From Nemertoderma westbladi (lineage: Eukaryota; Animalia; Xenacoelomorpha), in assembly GCA_032718475.1 (NCBI GenBank), contig JAUCBJ010008242.1, positions 62,001 through 126,000 of the forward strand: a DNA stretch of 64,000 nucleotides. Reading direction: 5' to 3'. Below, one piece after another: positions 36,681-47,730 of this stretch (positions are counted from its first letter, which is position 1; each line of letters opens with the position of its first letter). Below the pieces are notes generated by a model. The model was not told the origin of the DNA. It searched no databases and saw nothing but the letters and a program-made list of their open reading frames with translations. A program made the translations under genes and the position numbers.

Positions 36681-39600
36681 TCACCAGAAAAGTGTGAAAA
36701 GTTTTATGAATATAACTTGTGAGGGGCCGCGCTGTAGATCCGGGTTGGGATTTCGTACGTATTGTGGCCACGCCTGGTGTTGAGCCAAATCTGTCCGGAA
36801 TTTTCCGATTTCGCGATTCCGAATTTCGGTTGGGCCAGGTACAGATTCAGGGCCCGGTGTCCGAGAACGATTTCCGTATCTTGGACCCCCCTCAGCTTCG
36901 GTAACCGAGGGGTCTCGCCGGGAATGTGATGATAGCTCGGGTGAACTATCCGGAGGGGGCGGTGAAGCTGGGTTTGGATTTTCGGATGACGTGTCCGGAA
37001 TAATTAGTCTCCTATTCCGGATGAGAACGCGTCCGGATGGTGTCCGGATGGAAAACTTGCGGTTCTCACCTGCCTCCGCGACTATTCCGCGCCGATCCCA
37101 TCGCCGTGTCTTTTGGTTCTGAATAAGTATGGGGGTTCCAACAGTTATTTCAGACAGGCTACGAGAGCGTCGGTTGTATCTTGCAATGCGTTTATTTCGG
37201 ACACTTGGCGATGTCTCGTCTAGAAGTGTCCGGGTTTGTTGGACTTGGGTAGAAAACGCTGAGTGATGAGCTGGTACGCGCGATCGTAATGGATGGCCAA
37301 ACACCACTTCAGCAGGTGATAAACCGGTTTCTCGGGGCGCGTTACGCAATTCTAAGAGGCCGTCGCGGAAAGCATCGCTATCAATGTTGCCACCCGACTT
37401 GTCAAGGAGACGTTTAAGGGCCTTGACCGCGGCCTCAGCATGCCCGTTGCCCTGAGGGTATTCAGCTCAGGAAGTGACGGGTTTAACACCCCAGTTACTC
37501 AGGAATTGAGTGAACGCATGAGCAGTAAATTGCGTGCCTCCGTCTGATCGTAACCGTGTTGGAACGCCGTATTGGACAAACCAGTTCTTTAGAGCCATAA
37601 TTGTATGTGTGGCGTCAGGTGGCGTATTGAATTTAACGATGTCGGGCCACCCGGAATACCGGTCCACCAAAGCGAGATAGTTCTTCCCACTCAGCATGAA
37701 GAAATCTCCGCTAATATCTTCGAAAGGACGGGTTGGTTGTCCCTCAATGAAGTAAGGTTCCTGGATCTGAGATGGACGCATCTCGAGGCAGGTGTGGCAT
37801 TGCGCCACAGTTTGTTTAATGTCATTAGTTATTCCGGGCCAATAAACACATTGGCGAGCACGGCGGAGTGTTTTTTCGATGCCTTGGTGGGATGCATGCA
37901 GTTGGGATAGGGTGTCCTTGCGGGCAGCAAATGGTATCACGATACGGTGGCCCAATAGCACCAGACCATCCGAGGTGGTCAACTGGTCGCGCGTAGACCA
38001 GTATTGTAAGGCGCTGGGTTTCGTACGGGACTCTGGCGGGAAACCCTGCTCGACGGCGCGAATGAGTTCCATATACAGGGGGTCAGCAGCTGCTAAGCTC
38101 GACAGTTTGGTAAGTACTGGGTCCGCGAGTGTGGCACTGTCGCCACCGGCAATTGTGGCAGCGGTCTGGCGAGTGACGGCACGTACATAGTGCGCCATCT
38201 CGCCGTCATCCACGATGTCGTCGTCCGACGGGTTGTCGACAGGCGCGAGTGAAAGCGCGTCTGGGATGCGGTGATTTGTGCCTTTAACCCATACAGTTGT
38301 GAACGTATATGGGGCGAGCCTCGCTTTTAGGCGCTGTATACGGGAATTATCAGTTGCATCGATAGTTTGATTATTAAGTATCGACACGAGCGGTTTATGA
38401 TCCACGAGCACCTCGAAATCAGGTAAACCGAGTAGATAAAGTCGGCATTTAGTTATTGCCCAAGCAACGGCGAGCAATTCTAACTCTACCATGGCGTATC
38501 GCGCCTCAGTTGGAGTGGTGAAACGCGATCCACACTCGACTAAGCGCCAGACGTCGCCATGGAGCTGGAGGAGGGCATATCCGAGTCCATGTAGACGGGA
38601 CGCATCGGTAGACAATCTGGTTGGCAGTACGGTGTCGAAAGGAGCTAGGATTGGCGTAGTAGTAAGGGCCAATTTAGTCGCTTCAAATGCCCGCTGCTGA
38701 TCTGGAGTCCAGATGTATTGAGCCTTTGGGCTCAATAGGGGTCGCAGTGGCGCCATTATGGACGCTAATGAGTCCGTAAATGGAGCTAATTGCTCCGCCA
38801 ATCCGATGAAACTCCTTAAATCCGTGATATTATGTGGACATGGGAAGGCTGAGATCGCTTTTAATTTGTTAGGATCGGAATGAATGCCCTCCCCACTGAC
38901 TATATAGCCCGCAAACTTAACTGAGGGCTGAGCGAGTTGAATTTTTCGCGGGTTCAAAGTAATGCCATGGTCCCGGCATCGTTGTAATACATCACGGATG
39001 GCTAGAAGATGGTTTTCTAGAGTATCGCTGTAAATGATAATGTCATCTACGAGTTTAGTAACACCCCGGAGTCCCCGAAGTGCGTCGTCGCCCCGGCGGT
39101 TAAACTCGTCTCCAGAGGATACGAGTCCCATGACGCTCCTTAGGAATTTAAAACGCCCCCATGGCGTCATAAACGTTGTGAGTTCCTGAGAGGCGGGGTC
39201 CAAGGGAATCTGCCAATAACCAGATGCGGCATCCAGGACAGTGAATATCCTGGCCGTGTTGTCTATTCCCGCCACAACCGTACGTGGTGACGGGGTTGGG
39301 TAGTACGGGCGGCGAACCTGGTCGTTCAGGCGACGCAAATCAACACAGAGGCGCAACTGACCGCTGGGCTTACGGGTGACTGTCATAGGGTGAGCCCAGT
39401 CAGTCGGAGTATCGATTCGTTCGATGACTCGGCGCGATGTAAGTTTATCGAGTAGTTGCTTCACTTCATCGCGCAGAGCGAATGGAATCGGGCGCGCGCC
39501 ATTTACGTGATATGGAGTGGCGTTGCCTTTCAAAAGGATATGCATAGGTGGGCCGTCCATGGGGCGTAATGGGGCGGAATCGTCGTCGAACACGTCCATG

Positions 39601-41252
39601 AACTCGCGCAGTAGCTGCATTGCAGGCGTGTTTGGAGATGAAGACTCGCTAGGTTTACGAGAAATACAGGAACTAAGCGTCCCACACGAATGCATTGCGG
39701 TTGGGATCGGGACGATTTGTGCGGGGAAGTTACGGCGAAGAATCCCCAAGTCAGTGATGACGGCGCGTGACAGTATCATACCGTCTACCTCGGGTGCAAC
39801 CACAATCTGTGTAGTTGCACGGACACCGTTGTATGATACAGCAGCATCGAACCTCCCAATAGTTTCCAGAGGTAAACCATCGGCAGCCAGGAGATTTAAA
39901 TACACGGTTGTACGAAGATTGCACCGTTTACCCCCGAGTTGTGCGAATAGTTTCCCGCTAAGAAGAGTAGCACAGGCGCCGCTGTCAGGAAGCGCACGAT
40001 GTACCTTACCGAGGGACTCGTCCAAGTTTGTGTCCTCGATGGTGATTGAAATGTACAACAGTTTACAAATCGCGTCGTCCCCATTGTCGCTGGAAGACGA
40101 GGTTGCGGCAATAATGGTTGAAACGCGTCCGTTTCGTCCGCTAGGTTTAGAAGAGGAGGACCGGCACAACTTTTTTATAGTGGCCCAATCGCCCACAGTT
40201 GAGACATGTGGCAGACCGGGCTGGGCAATTATCTTTATTAGAGTGCGGTTTACCACCGCAATTGCGGCATTTATCCGAAGTGGAATTGGGGGAGAAAGTT
40301 TTATTCGACTTTGACTCCGAGTTTGGGGGTCGACCCACTGAGTTGCTCCTGGACTGTTTATAGTTTGAAACCTTAGAGACAGGAGGTTTGCCGGAAGCGA
40401 GAACGGATTCATTGCGTTCGCTATTTTCCATGGCCTGACAGATACGCACGCAATCGTCCAGGCCGGGTGCCGGAAGAATCTTCAGCAACTCGGAGCGAGT
40501 TTCGGGATGACGGAGGCCGACCAGAATCTGAGTAACCATCTGGGTTTCACGGCAATGCCCACATATCTCCGCGTTGTCAGCAAGATCGTCCAACGCAACC
40601 CGGAAGGAATCGAATGTTTCCCGTGGTTGCTGTTTCCGTTCACGGAAACGTATTGCGTCTACAGCAACTGATCGCTTGTTGCGTAGATGCTGTAGGAGTC
40701 TGTCGAGAATTACCTCAGTTGATATCGTAATGTCATCAACATCAATGCGCAGTGACACTCTAATAAGGTCCTGTAACTGTGAACCGAGAGCTGTCACTAA
40801 AGTGTACACCTGGACCGATCGATCGAAACACTCCAGTTGTTCGCGCAAGGCAAAAACTCGCCAGTGTTGTCTCCAACGCTGGAAACGGACATAATCGACA
40901 TCGCCGTCGATTTTTTCCAAAACCGATGTGTCCGGAACCCTTCGGCGTGGGGTAGACAATGGTGGAACCGGTACTGGTGTACCGGTACCGGTCCCGGTAG
41001 GCCCGTCGGTACCGGTAAGCGGAGGTATGGCGGTGATGTCGCGGAAGGTAACGCCGTAGGTTTAATCGCCGTCATAAAGGCGTCCATTTTCTCTGCCATA
41101 TCAGCAGAAAAATAACGCAACATATTGTCGAGGCGCTCCGTCATACGGGCCTCGGTGTCCGAAATCTGGTTAGTGATGGCTGACTCGATTTCGGCGGATA
41201 TAGTCGGTAGATCGTCGTCATCCGTGGCGGTTGGTTTCTTCCGGGGCGGCAT
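36681..41252 (-). pseudogene. gag-pol: Gypsy gag-pol (two CCHC knuckles, PR, RT, RNase H, IN); frameshifts near 40990 and 40175, nonsense at 37467
   Basis: [15 protein letters not shown]; [12 protein letters not shown]|LC; LPDSGA; [11 protein letters not shown]; [10 protein letters not shown]; LVDDII; TDAS; RSDGGTQF; YPQGNGHAE. Confidence 0.94.
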
Positions 41253-41312
41253 CTTTGGCCTATTAATGTTATTTATCGTCTATGGTTTTACCGCACGTCC
41301 CATTTAGACGAT

Positions 41313-41328
41313 CCTACACACTGCGCCA
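41313..41328 (-). promoter_or_regulatory. Primer-binding site of the Gypsy element (resembles a tRNA-Ser 3' end)
   Basis: TGGCGCAGTGTGTAGG immediately after the 5' LTR. Confidence 0.8.
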
Positions 41329-42359
41329 TGTTGTTGTTATAATCCTCCGTTTATATTGACACAACGATAATAAAATATGCATAACTTTACATGCTATGTC
41401 CTACGTACCGGTAACTCATACTGCAGCCTGTCCAAGGGTTCAGATCAGGCAGTCTGATAGTTGATCCTCTGGGGCGAGCCATATATCCGCGATGTGCTTT
41501 TATACATCGTAGTCATTGTGCATAATACGACAGTATGTATATAAAATCTATGGGAAAAACACTATAGAGTCTTACCCCACAAACTAACAAATAACATAGA
41601 ATAAGAGGACATTACGCCCAAAGTAGTGCTCAGCCCTAAGCCAGATAACTGCAAATTGTAAAATCGAATATATTTTTTATACTGGGTGTGTTTGCCCCAG
41701 CAACCTACCAGTTTTTCCATTGGTATCATTGATTTACTTACTGTATAGGGTTATAATGTTCTGTGGTGTGACGTCTGTTTGGGATAGGTGGTAACAGAGT
41801 TCATTGTGCGATTTTTTAGGTCATTGCATTGGTGCAATATATAGATAGGCTTGGCTAATTCCCTGTCCAGCTGACGATGGTGTCGAGGATTAGCGGCTAC
41901 TGGTCCTAAACACCGAAACGCAACCAAATTTTTCACAAATTAATTATTTTTGCCCTAGTCCTACCTCTTTCACGGCGACAAAGTTGTCATATATTATCTT
42001 ATAGAATATAGGATTAGTTTTTGTGCAGTATATACTACCGGTATTATTTAGTGTACTGTATGGCGGTTAGGTTAGGGTGCTATAATACATACTTGTATGT
42101 TGAGCATGTTTTAACATATTTGTTTTTTGTTTATGTCGTTTTTGTTTGTATTGTTTGTGTTGTTTTTTGATGGCCTACTTTGGGCGTAATGTCCTGTGTC
42201 CTGATCCTATGTTTTTTGTCAGTTTATGGGGTATACGATTTTATATAATACATAAGGGCTTTCTAGAAAAAATTAAATTTCATGTGATGTTTTACATTTT
42301 TGTATTTTGACTTTGACTCGGTAGTGTGAACGCGGCCTAAGAGTAAAGACGACCATCTC

Positions 42360-42810
42360 TTGGCTTCAGCAATTCTTAGATTAGAAATTTGGAACAAAAT
42401 CTGGTCGGTAAGTCGGATGATAATTTTAAAGATCTAGGTGTCATTGTTTGCTCGAATTTGGAGATTAATATTTACTGTAAAGAGGAGGCAGCTACGGCTC
42501 TCAAAATAGTAAATCTATTATTTCGTTGTTTTTATACGAATAATATGAGAAGAGTCTTATGCTAACAGAGCCTATAAAAGTTACATACAGTACGACCAAT
42601 CATTGAATACGAATACCGTACACCTATATGGTCTCCTTTTCAACTAGAGAATATTGACTCAGTCGAACGTGTGCAGCGTCGCATTACTCGCAGGCTATAT
42701 CATATGCACGTTTTGGACTTGGTACACGTTGGTACAAATTATAATCGTTTACAATTTCTAAATTTACAACCACTTCAAGTTCGTAGAATTATATTTGATA
42801 TGAAAATGAC
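42360..42810 (+). pseudogene. Degraded CR1/L2/Jockey-group LINE 3' fragment
   Basis: FKDLGVIVCSNL, RAYKSYI-RPIIEY, IWSP, IDSVERVQR, LQPLQVRRIIFD in shifting frames. Confidence 0.75.
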
Positions 42811-43867
42811 TTTAATATAGTAGCTTTAATATATAAATTTTTAATATAGTTCTTAATAGGCCACTAATTTGTTTTTTATTTTTATTTGTGTATTGTTTGA
42901 TTTTATAGACCGAATCGCTTTACTTTTTTTTACTTTATTCGTTATCTTGTTTTTATTTAAATTACCGGTAACTGATAATTATGTTTTTTGGTTATCCAGC
43001 ATTAGTGTAAGTGAAAATAATTATTTCGAGTTAACACTAACGTAAGTCAGTAAGTTTTTGTCATGTGCTGCAACATTGCCTGACTTTGATACCGGTATTG
43101 ATACCGGTACTGGTAGCCCGAACATCAATTATTGTCGCTGTCCCCAGTCAGCCAGTCTCCCCCCACCACCGTTGTCGCTGCTTCGGGCTAGGCCTACTTT
43201 ATTCGTATCATCGCGATTTTGAAAATGAATTCTGAATTGCTAAACGCTGACCATCAACGCAGTCAAGCTGTCAAGCACAAGCTGTCATGGTTACGCGCTA
43301 AACAGTCAAAGAAATCAGGCAATACTGCAATGGCAGTACCGGTATTGCATATTAGCAATTCTACGTTTGCCAGTTTGCTCCTTTCTCTGCTGCTCTGTTC
43401 GCTGCCTGAACTAGGCCTGTAGACTGTATGTAATGTACTATGTAGCAGTATAGGCGACTCCAGGAACTGCACTACATCCTGACCCTGTGAGTATATGACC
43501 AGCTGACTATGGACTACCGGCTGACCGGTAGTACCGGTACTGTAGTAAGCTGTAGTACTGTCTGACTACTGACTGTAGTCAGGTAGTAGGCCTACTCCAC
43601 TCCCTACTGCTGTTGCCGTACGGTCTGACGGCAGGACGGTACAAGGCCTAGTGTAGTATTGTCTACTGCCTACTGCGTCTGTCAGACTGTAGGCCTACCT
43701 AGCTGCCTAGTCCAGTAGTCCACTACTCAGATAATCTGATAGTAGAGTAGGCCTACCGTACCGACACAGGACAGCAGGATTATACATACAGGTATCTGGG
43801 TTATCAGGGTATAGCTGTATAGCAGTGCAGTATACGTGATACGATACGGTATTGCCCTAAATTCACG

Positions 43868-44653
43868 ATGAAGATATTCGTGGGTAAGCTTCCCGATTTG
43901 GTAACGTCCGATGATCTTCGTAAATTATTCGAAGAATACGGGAACGTTAGCGATTGCGATCGTTTGCATGATAAGGATTACGGATTCGTACACATGCACC
44001 GCGAGAAGGACGGCCAGGCTGCGATCGCGGCGTTGAACGAAAAAATGTTCATGGGAAACCGAATCCGCGTCGAAGCGTCGCAAAGTAAATCGGGACGAAC
44101 GAATAGTTCAGACGGGTGTCACAATTGCGGCGAGTTAGGCCACTTCGCTAGAGAGTGTACCAATACGGGTAGGCGCGTGATTCCGAGATCGCGTGAAACG
44201 GTTCGCGAATGGGGACCACTCGAGAGTTACATGGACGCCGCTGTCCGGAGGAGTTCGTATGATCGCTACATCGAGGAACAACGTAAACCCTTCCCGGAAC
44301 TCCCGCCAGGGTTTATCGAGTTTCTCGATTACTTCCGTGAGAGCATGGCTCGTCGTGGCCGGGATCGGAGCCCACAGCGCACGCCGGAGGAGTTAGTGCG
44401 GCAGTTTATCGATCGGGATCGCGGTAGGCTCACGGCGTCGGCCGCCCCTCGCTCCACCTTCCGGGACTACGACGCGTATCGCTCGGTCGCCGAACCGCCC
44501 GCTGTACCGATGCATCCGCCCCCGCCGTTGCCGTGGGAGACAACGTCTTCGTCGCTTCGACAGAGCGCCGAAGCGGCCGCCGCAGCCAGCGCTGCTGCAT
44601 CGTACTACGAACAACGTCCCACGGTGTCCGGGTACGCCAGCTACAAGTACTAG
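43868..44653 (+). CDS. RNA-binding protein with one RRM and a CCHC zinc knuckle, lark/RBM4-like; intronless CDS
   Basis: RNP2 KIFVGKL, RNP1 KDYGFVHM, CHNCGELGHFAREC, R/D/P/A-rich tail; AATAAA at ~44678. Confidence 0.85.
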   Translation: MKIFVGKLPDLVTSDDLRKLFEEYGNVSDCDRLHDKDYGFVHMHREKDGQAAIAALNEKMFMGNRIRVEASQSKSGRTNSSDGCHNCGELGHFARECTNTGRRVIPRSRETVREWGPLESYMDAAVRRSSYDRYIEEQRKPFPELPPGFIEFLDYFRESMARRGRDRSPQRTPEELVRQFIDRDRGRLTASAAPRSTFRDYDAYRSVAEPPAVPMHPPPPLPWETTSSSLRQSAEAAAAASAAASYYEQRPTVSGYASYKY

Positions 44654-46155
44654 AGGTTATCCTCATTTTATGTCTAAAATAAAACTAATTATATAAAACT
44701 TGGGTTCATTTTATTTTATTTTATGTCGAACACTTACTTTTTATTAACTATCTGACTATGGCGTGACGTAGATTATATATCGCTGTTTTACAAGAAACAC
44801 ATTGTAATTTCGTAGATTACCGAGTTTTTTTTCGGTTTACTAGTCGTATAATACGAGATCGGACTGTTTACCGTTTTGCCGTACTAACAATCGCCGACCG
44901 TTTACTCTGGTCTCGGAAATTGGTCGAGAATTTATTGCTGTTGACCTGCAGGCTATCGATAAATTCACCGGATACTCTAAGGATCCAGACCGGTGTTAAG
45001 AGATCGGTTTCCGCGAATCAGCAACTAAATTAATCTCAGTTTATTGCGTTATATCGTTATACAGATAAGTTTCGGGGATGCGAATCGTTACACACTTACG
45101 TCACTAGCAATATTTTCTTGTCGTTCTCGTTGTTCGTATATAATTCGAGTGGTTTTACCTATCGGTTACTTTTGCTTGTAATCGTTAACTCTCTGCATTG
45201 TTTGTGTGTTAAATTGGCAGTAAATTATTGTAAAAGAAAGTTAGATCGTTTTCATATCCGAATACGGCTGGAGTGATCGTGGCAGGACCGATGATGCTGT
45301 GTGGGGGGGGGGGGGGGGGTCTATCTATATCCAAGCTTTGGGCTTATAATTTAAGTATCATGGTTGGAAACATGATGTATCGCAAATATCCCTCCTGCTC
45401 ATGGGTTTATATATTAACAATAATAATATTTTATAAATAAATAAATATAAACTCTAACTAATATTATATTAATAAATCAACTATTACCTTTATGGTGCGT
45501 AAAGTAGCACTTTATAGGATTTATATGACTATTCGGGTGGGTTTATAACTTTACATCCCCCATACCTTACACCCACTCCACAGTGTAAGTAATTATTTAC
45601 TACTAAATGTTACGAAGCACATTATAATAACAGTAAGAGGATTCGTCACATAACAGTAACTGTATATATCTGATAGTGAAGTAGAATGGCAACGTCAGCA
45701 AACTAATAATTTTATTATATTTAAATAGTAGACTAACACCAACTAGCAGACTGTACCGGTCCAGGTAACACTACCTCCATCTACTATAACTTCTAGGTAG
45801 ATAGAATTATATATTTAGGTACAAATGTTTAGTCTTTGATGCAATTAAATCTTATTATAAAATGTGGATCGGTACATGTGTTACATTACACACACTAAAT
45901 AATCATTGCACAGACGCAACTGGAGCGGAAATATCTGCAACGCATAACAAATAGTGCACCGAATAGGCCAGTTGTAAAAACTCACAAAATACGGCGGGAG
46001 ATAAATACCACGTGAAATAAAATAACTGAGATAAATACCACGTGAAATAAAATAACTGTCTTCGATTATAATATGTTGTGCTGGTTGGGTGGGTGAGGAG
46101 GGGGGTGGGGTGTAATACAGTCTCACGTACTGACGTACTTCCGAGAGTTATTACG

Positions 46156-46866
46156 TCACTGCATCGTGAGGAAGGCGGCGCGCGACCGATCTACGTCTTT
46201 GAGTTCCACCGCTGAAACCATCGGGCCGCTTCTCGTCGGTTTATTTTGAGCCGACGTGTAGAGCATCACCGCTACAACGACAACCGCTGCGCCAGCCCCG
46301 AACCGGTTCGAGTAACGCGTTTCTAGGAAGAGCCAAGAGGCGACGCACGATAGGATTATAGCGAACGAGGTAGCGAAACCTTTTAGAATGTTATCCGCGT
46401 ATTTAATGACGACCGCTACTATCAGCCCCCCGGCCGCCTGCAGTCCGATAACGCAGTAAGTTAACTCGTTGTATCCGTAGAAAAAACCGTCGCGTTGGAT
46501 GTTACTGTAATCGTTGCTAAGCAACGCAATCACCGCGAATAGAATTTCCCCGAGACAGAGTTGAATGTTTCTGTGCCAGACGGATGTTTCGCCACTATTT
46601 TTAAGCATTTTCTCGAAGTAAACGCTCGCGAAACCCGAGCACAATGTGGCTACAAGCACCGCGCCGAAGCCTGTCATTATATTGTGGTGGTCTACTAAGG
46701 GGGTTGTTTCCGTGGTAACTGGGGCGGTTGCTATGGAGTCGTACTGCACCAATCCTATTCCGGTAAACAACAGCAACAAGGCGCCCCATTGGCTGGCGGA
46801 GAGTCTTTTGGATAACATTGTGACCGAGAATAATGCTGTGGTAAGTAGCTTCAACTGGGAGCAGAC
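46156..46866 (-). CDS. SLC35A2/A3-like transporter exon 4 (spliced total ~374 aa)
   Basis: cgttag| VCSQLKLLTTALFS, SGFASVYFEKMLK, SVWHRNIQL, GGLIVAVVIKYADNILKGFATS. Confidence 0.95.
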   Translation of the reverse strand, partial: VCSQLKLLTTALFSVTMLSKRLSASQWGALLLLFTGIGLVQYDSIATAPVTTETTPLVDHHNIMTGFGAVLVATLCSGFASVYFEKMLKNSGETSVWHRNIQLCLGEILFAVIALLSNDYSNIQRDGFFYGYNELTYCVIGLQAAGGLIVAVVIKYADNILKGFATSFAIILSCVASWLFLETRYSNRFGAGAAVVVVAVMLYTSAQNKPTRSGPMVSAVELKDVDRSRAAFLTMQ

Positions 46867-47004
46867 CTAACGATAACAGTTATTGCATTAATTAATTAAT
46901 TATTGTAATAGTATATAATGTTAATTGAGAAGGGCGATCTGAAAACTACTGATATACATCCACAAACCCCGTGATCCATATTGTCAACTATCTTAACTAT
47001 AAGT

Positions 47005-47383
47005 TAGTGTTTAAACGGGATCCCGATCCCGAAAAACCGGGATCCCAGTGAAAAATGCGACCCCATCCCCATTTTTTTTGGAACTGGATCCCGAAGTCCA
47101 TCAGCAGAACGGAAATGTTTTGATTTTATCGAATTTTTATGTCAGTAAACCAGCCAGTAATCAATTACAAAATAATTTAAATATATATAACTTTATCTCA
47201 CTAGTATTTCAGAAGTGTAAGATAAAGTGATTGTAACCAAAAACAAAACAGCCACATATACTTTAAGGAAATCCCTTTAAGGAAATCAATCCAAAATTGC
47301 AATCCTGATCCCAAAAACGGGATCCCGAGAGTGATAATCCCGATACCCGAATTCCCGAAAAGTATGATCCCATTTAAACACTA
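47005..47383. mobile_element. hAT-like MITE
   Basis: TIR TAGTGTTTAAA(C/T)GGGATC; imperfect 8-bp TSD ctataagt/gtataaat; internal GATCCCG subterminal repeats. Confidence 0.7.
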
Positions 47384-47730
47384 GTATAAATCCAACATTT
47401 TAAATTTCCTCTGGAAAACCCCATGCCCACACTCTCACTGTTACATAAGTCTCTTAATCCAATATACTTACTCCCAATAAGCCCCATATAATCCATCTCC
47501 AACAAATAATACCCATAATCCAATGTCACTCTTAAGTCCTATAGATTATCCAATACACTCTTACTCTTGTGTAAGTCTACTTTTATATATAAGTCCCATC
47601 CAACAGTATCACTCTTATGAATGAATGGGATAATCTTTAGGTTCATTAAGCCAATGAATGGCTGTTCTCCATAATGGGTGATCTTCTACAATATATCCTT
47701 CCACTGACTCCAATTATCACTCTTATGTAA

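Larger units (their letters stand above)
36297..41532 (-). mobile_element. Ty3/Gypsy LTR retrotransposon (Mag-like), 5.2 kb
   Basis: 204-bp LTRs 36297-36500 and 41329-41532 (TGTTG...CGACA, 2 differences); PBS TGGCGCAGTGTGTAGG; PPT AAAGGGGG; PR-RT-RH-IN order. Confidence 0.97.

Noticed and set aside
40170-40180. Programmed gag-pol frameshift in the Gypsy element
   Set aside because: The shift lies within the second CCHC knuckle at an A6 run; removing one A restores HYKKLC, so it is a mutation or sequencing slip
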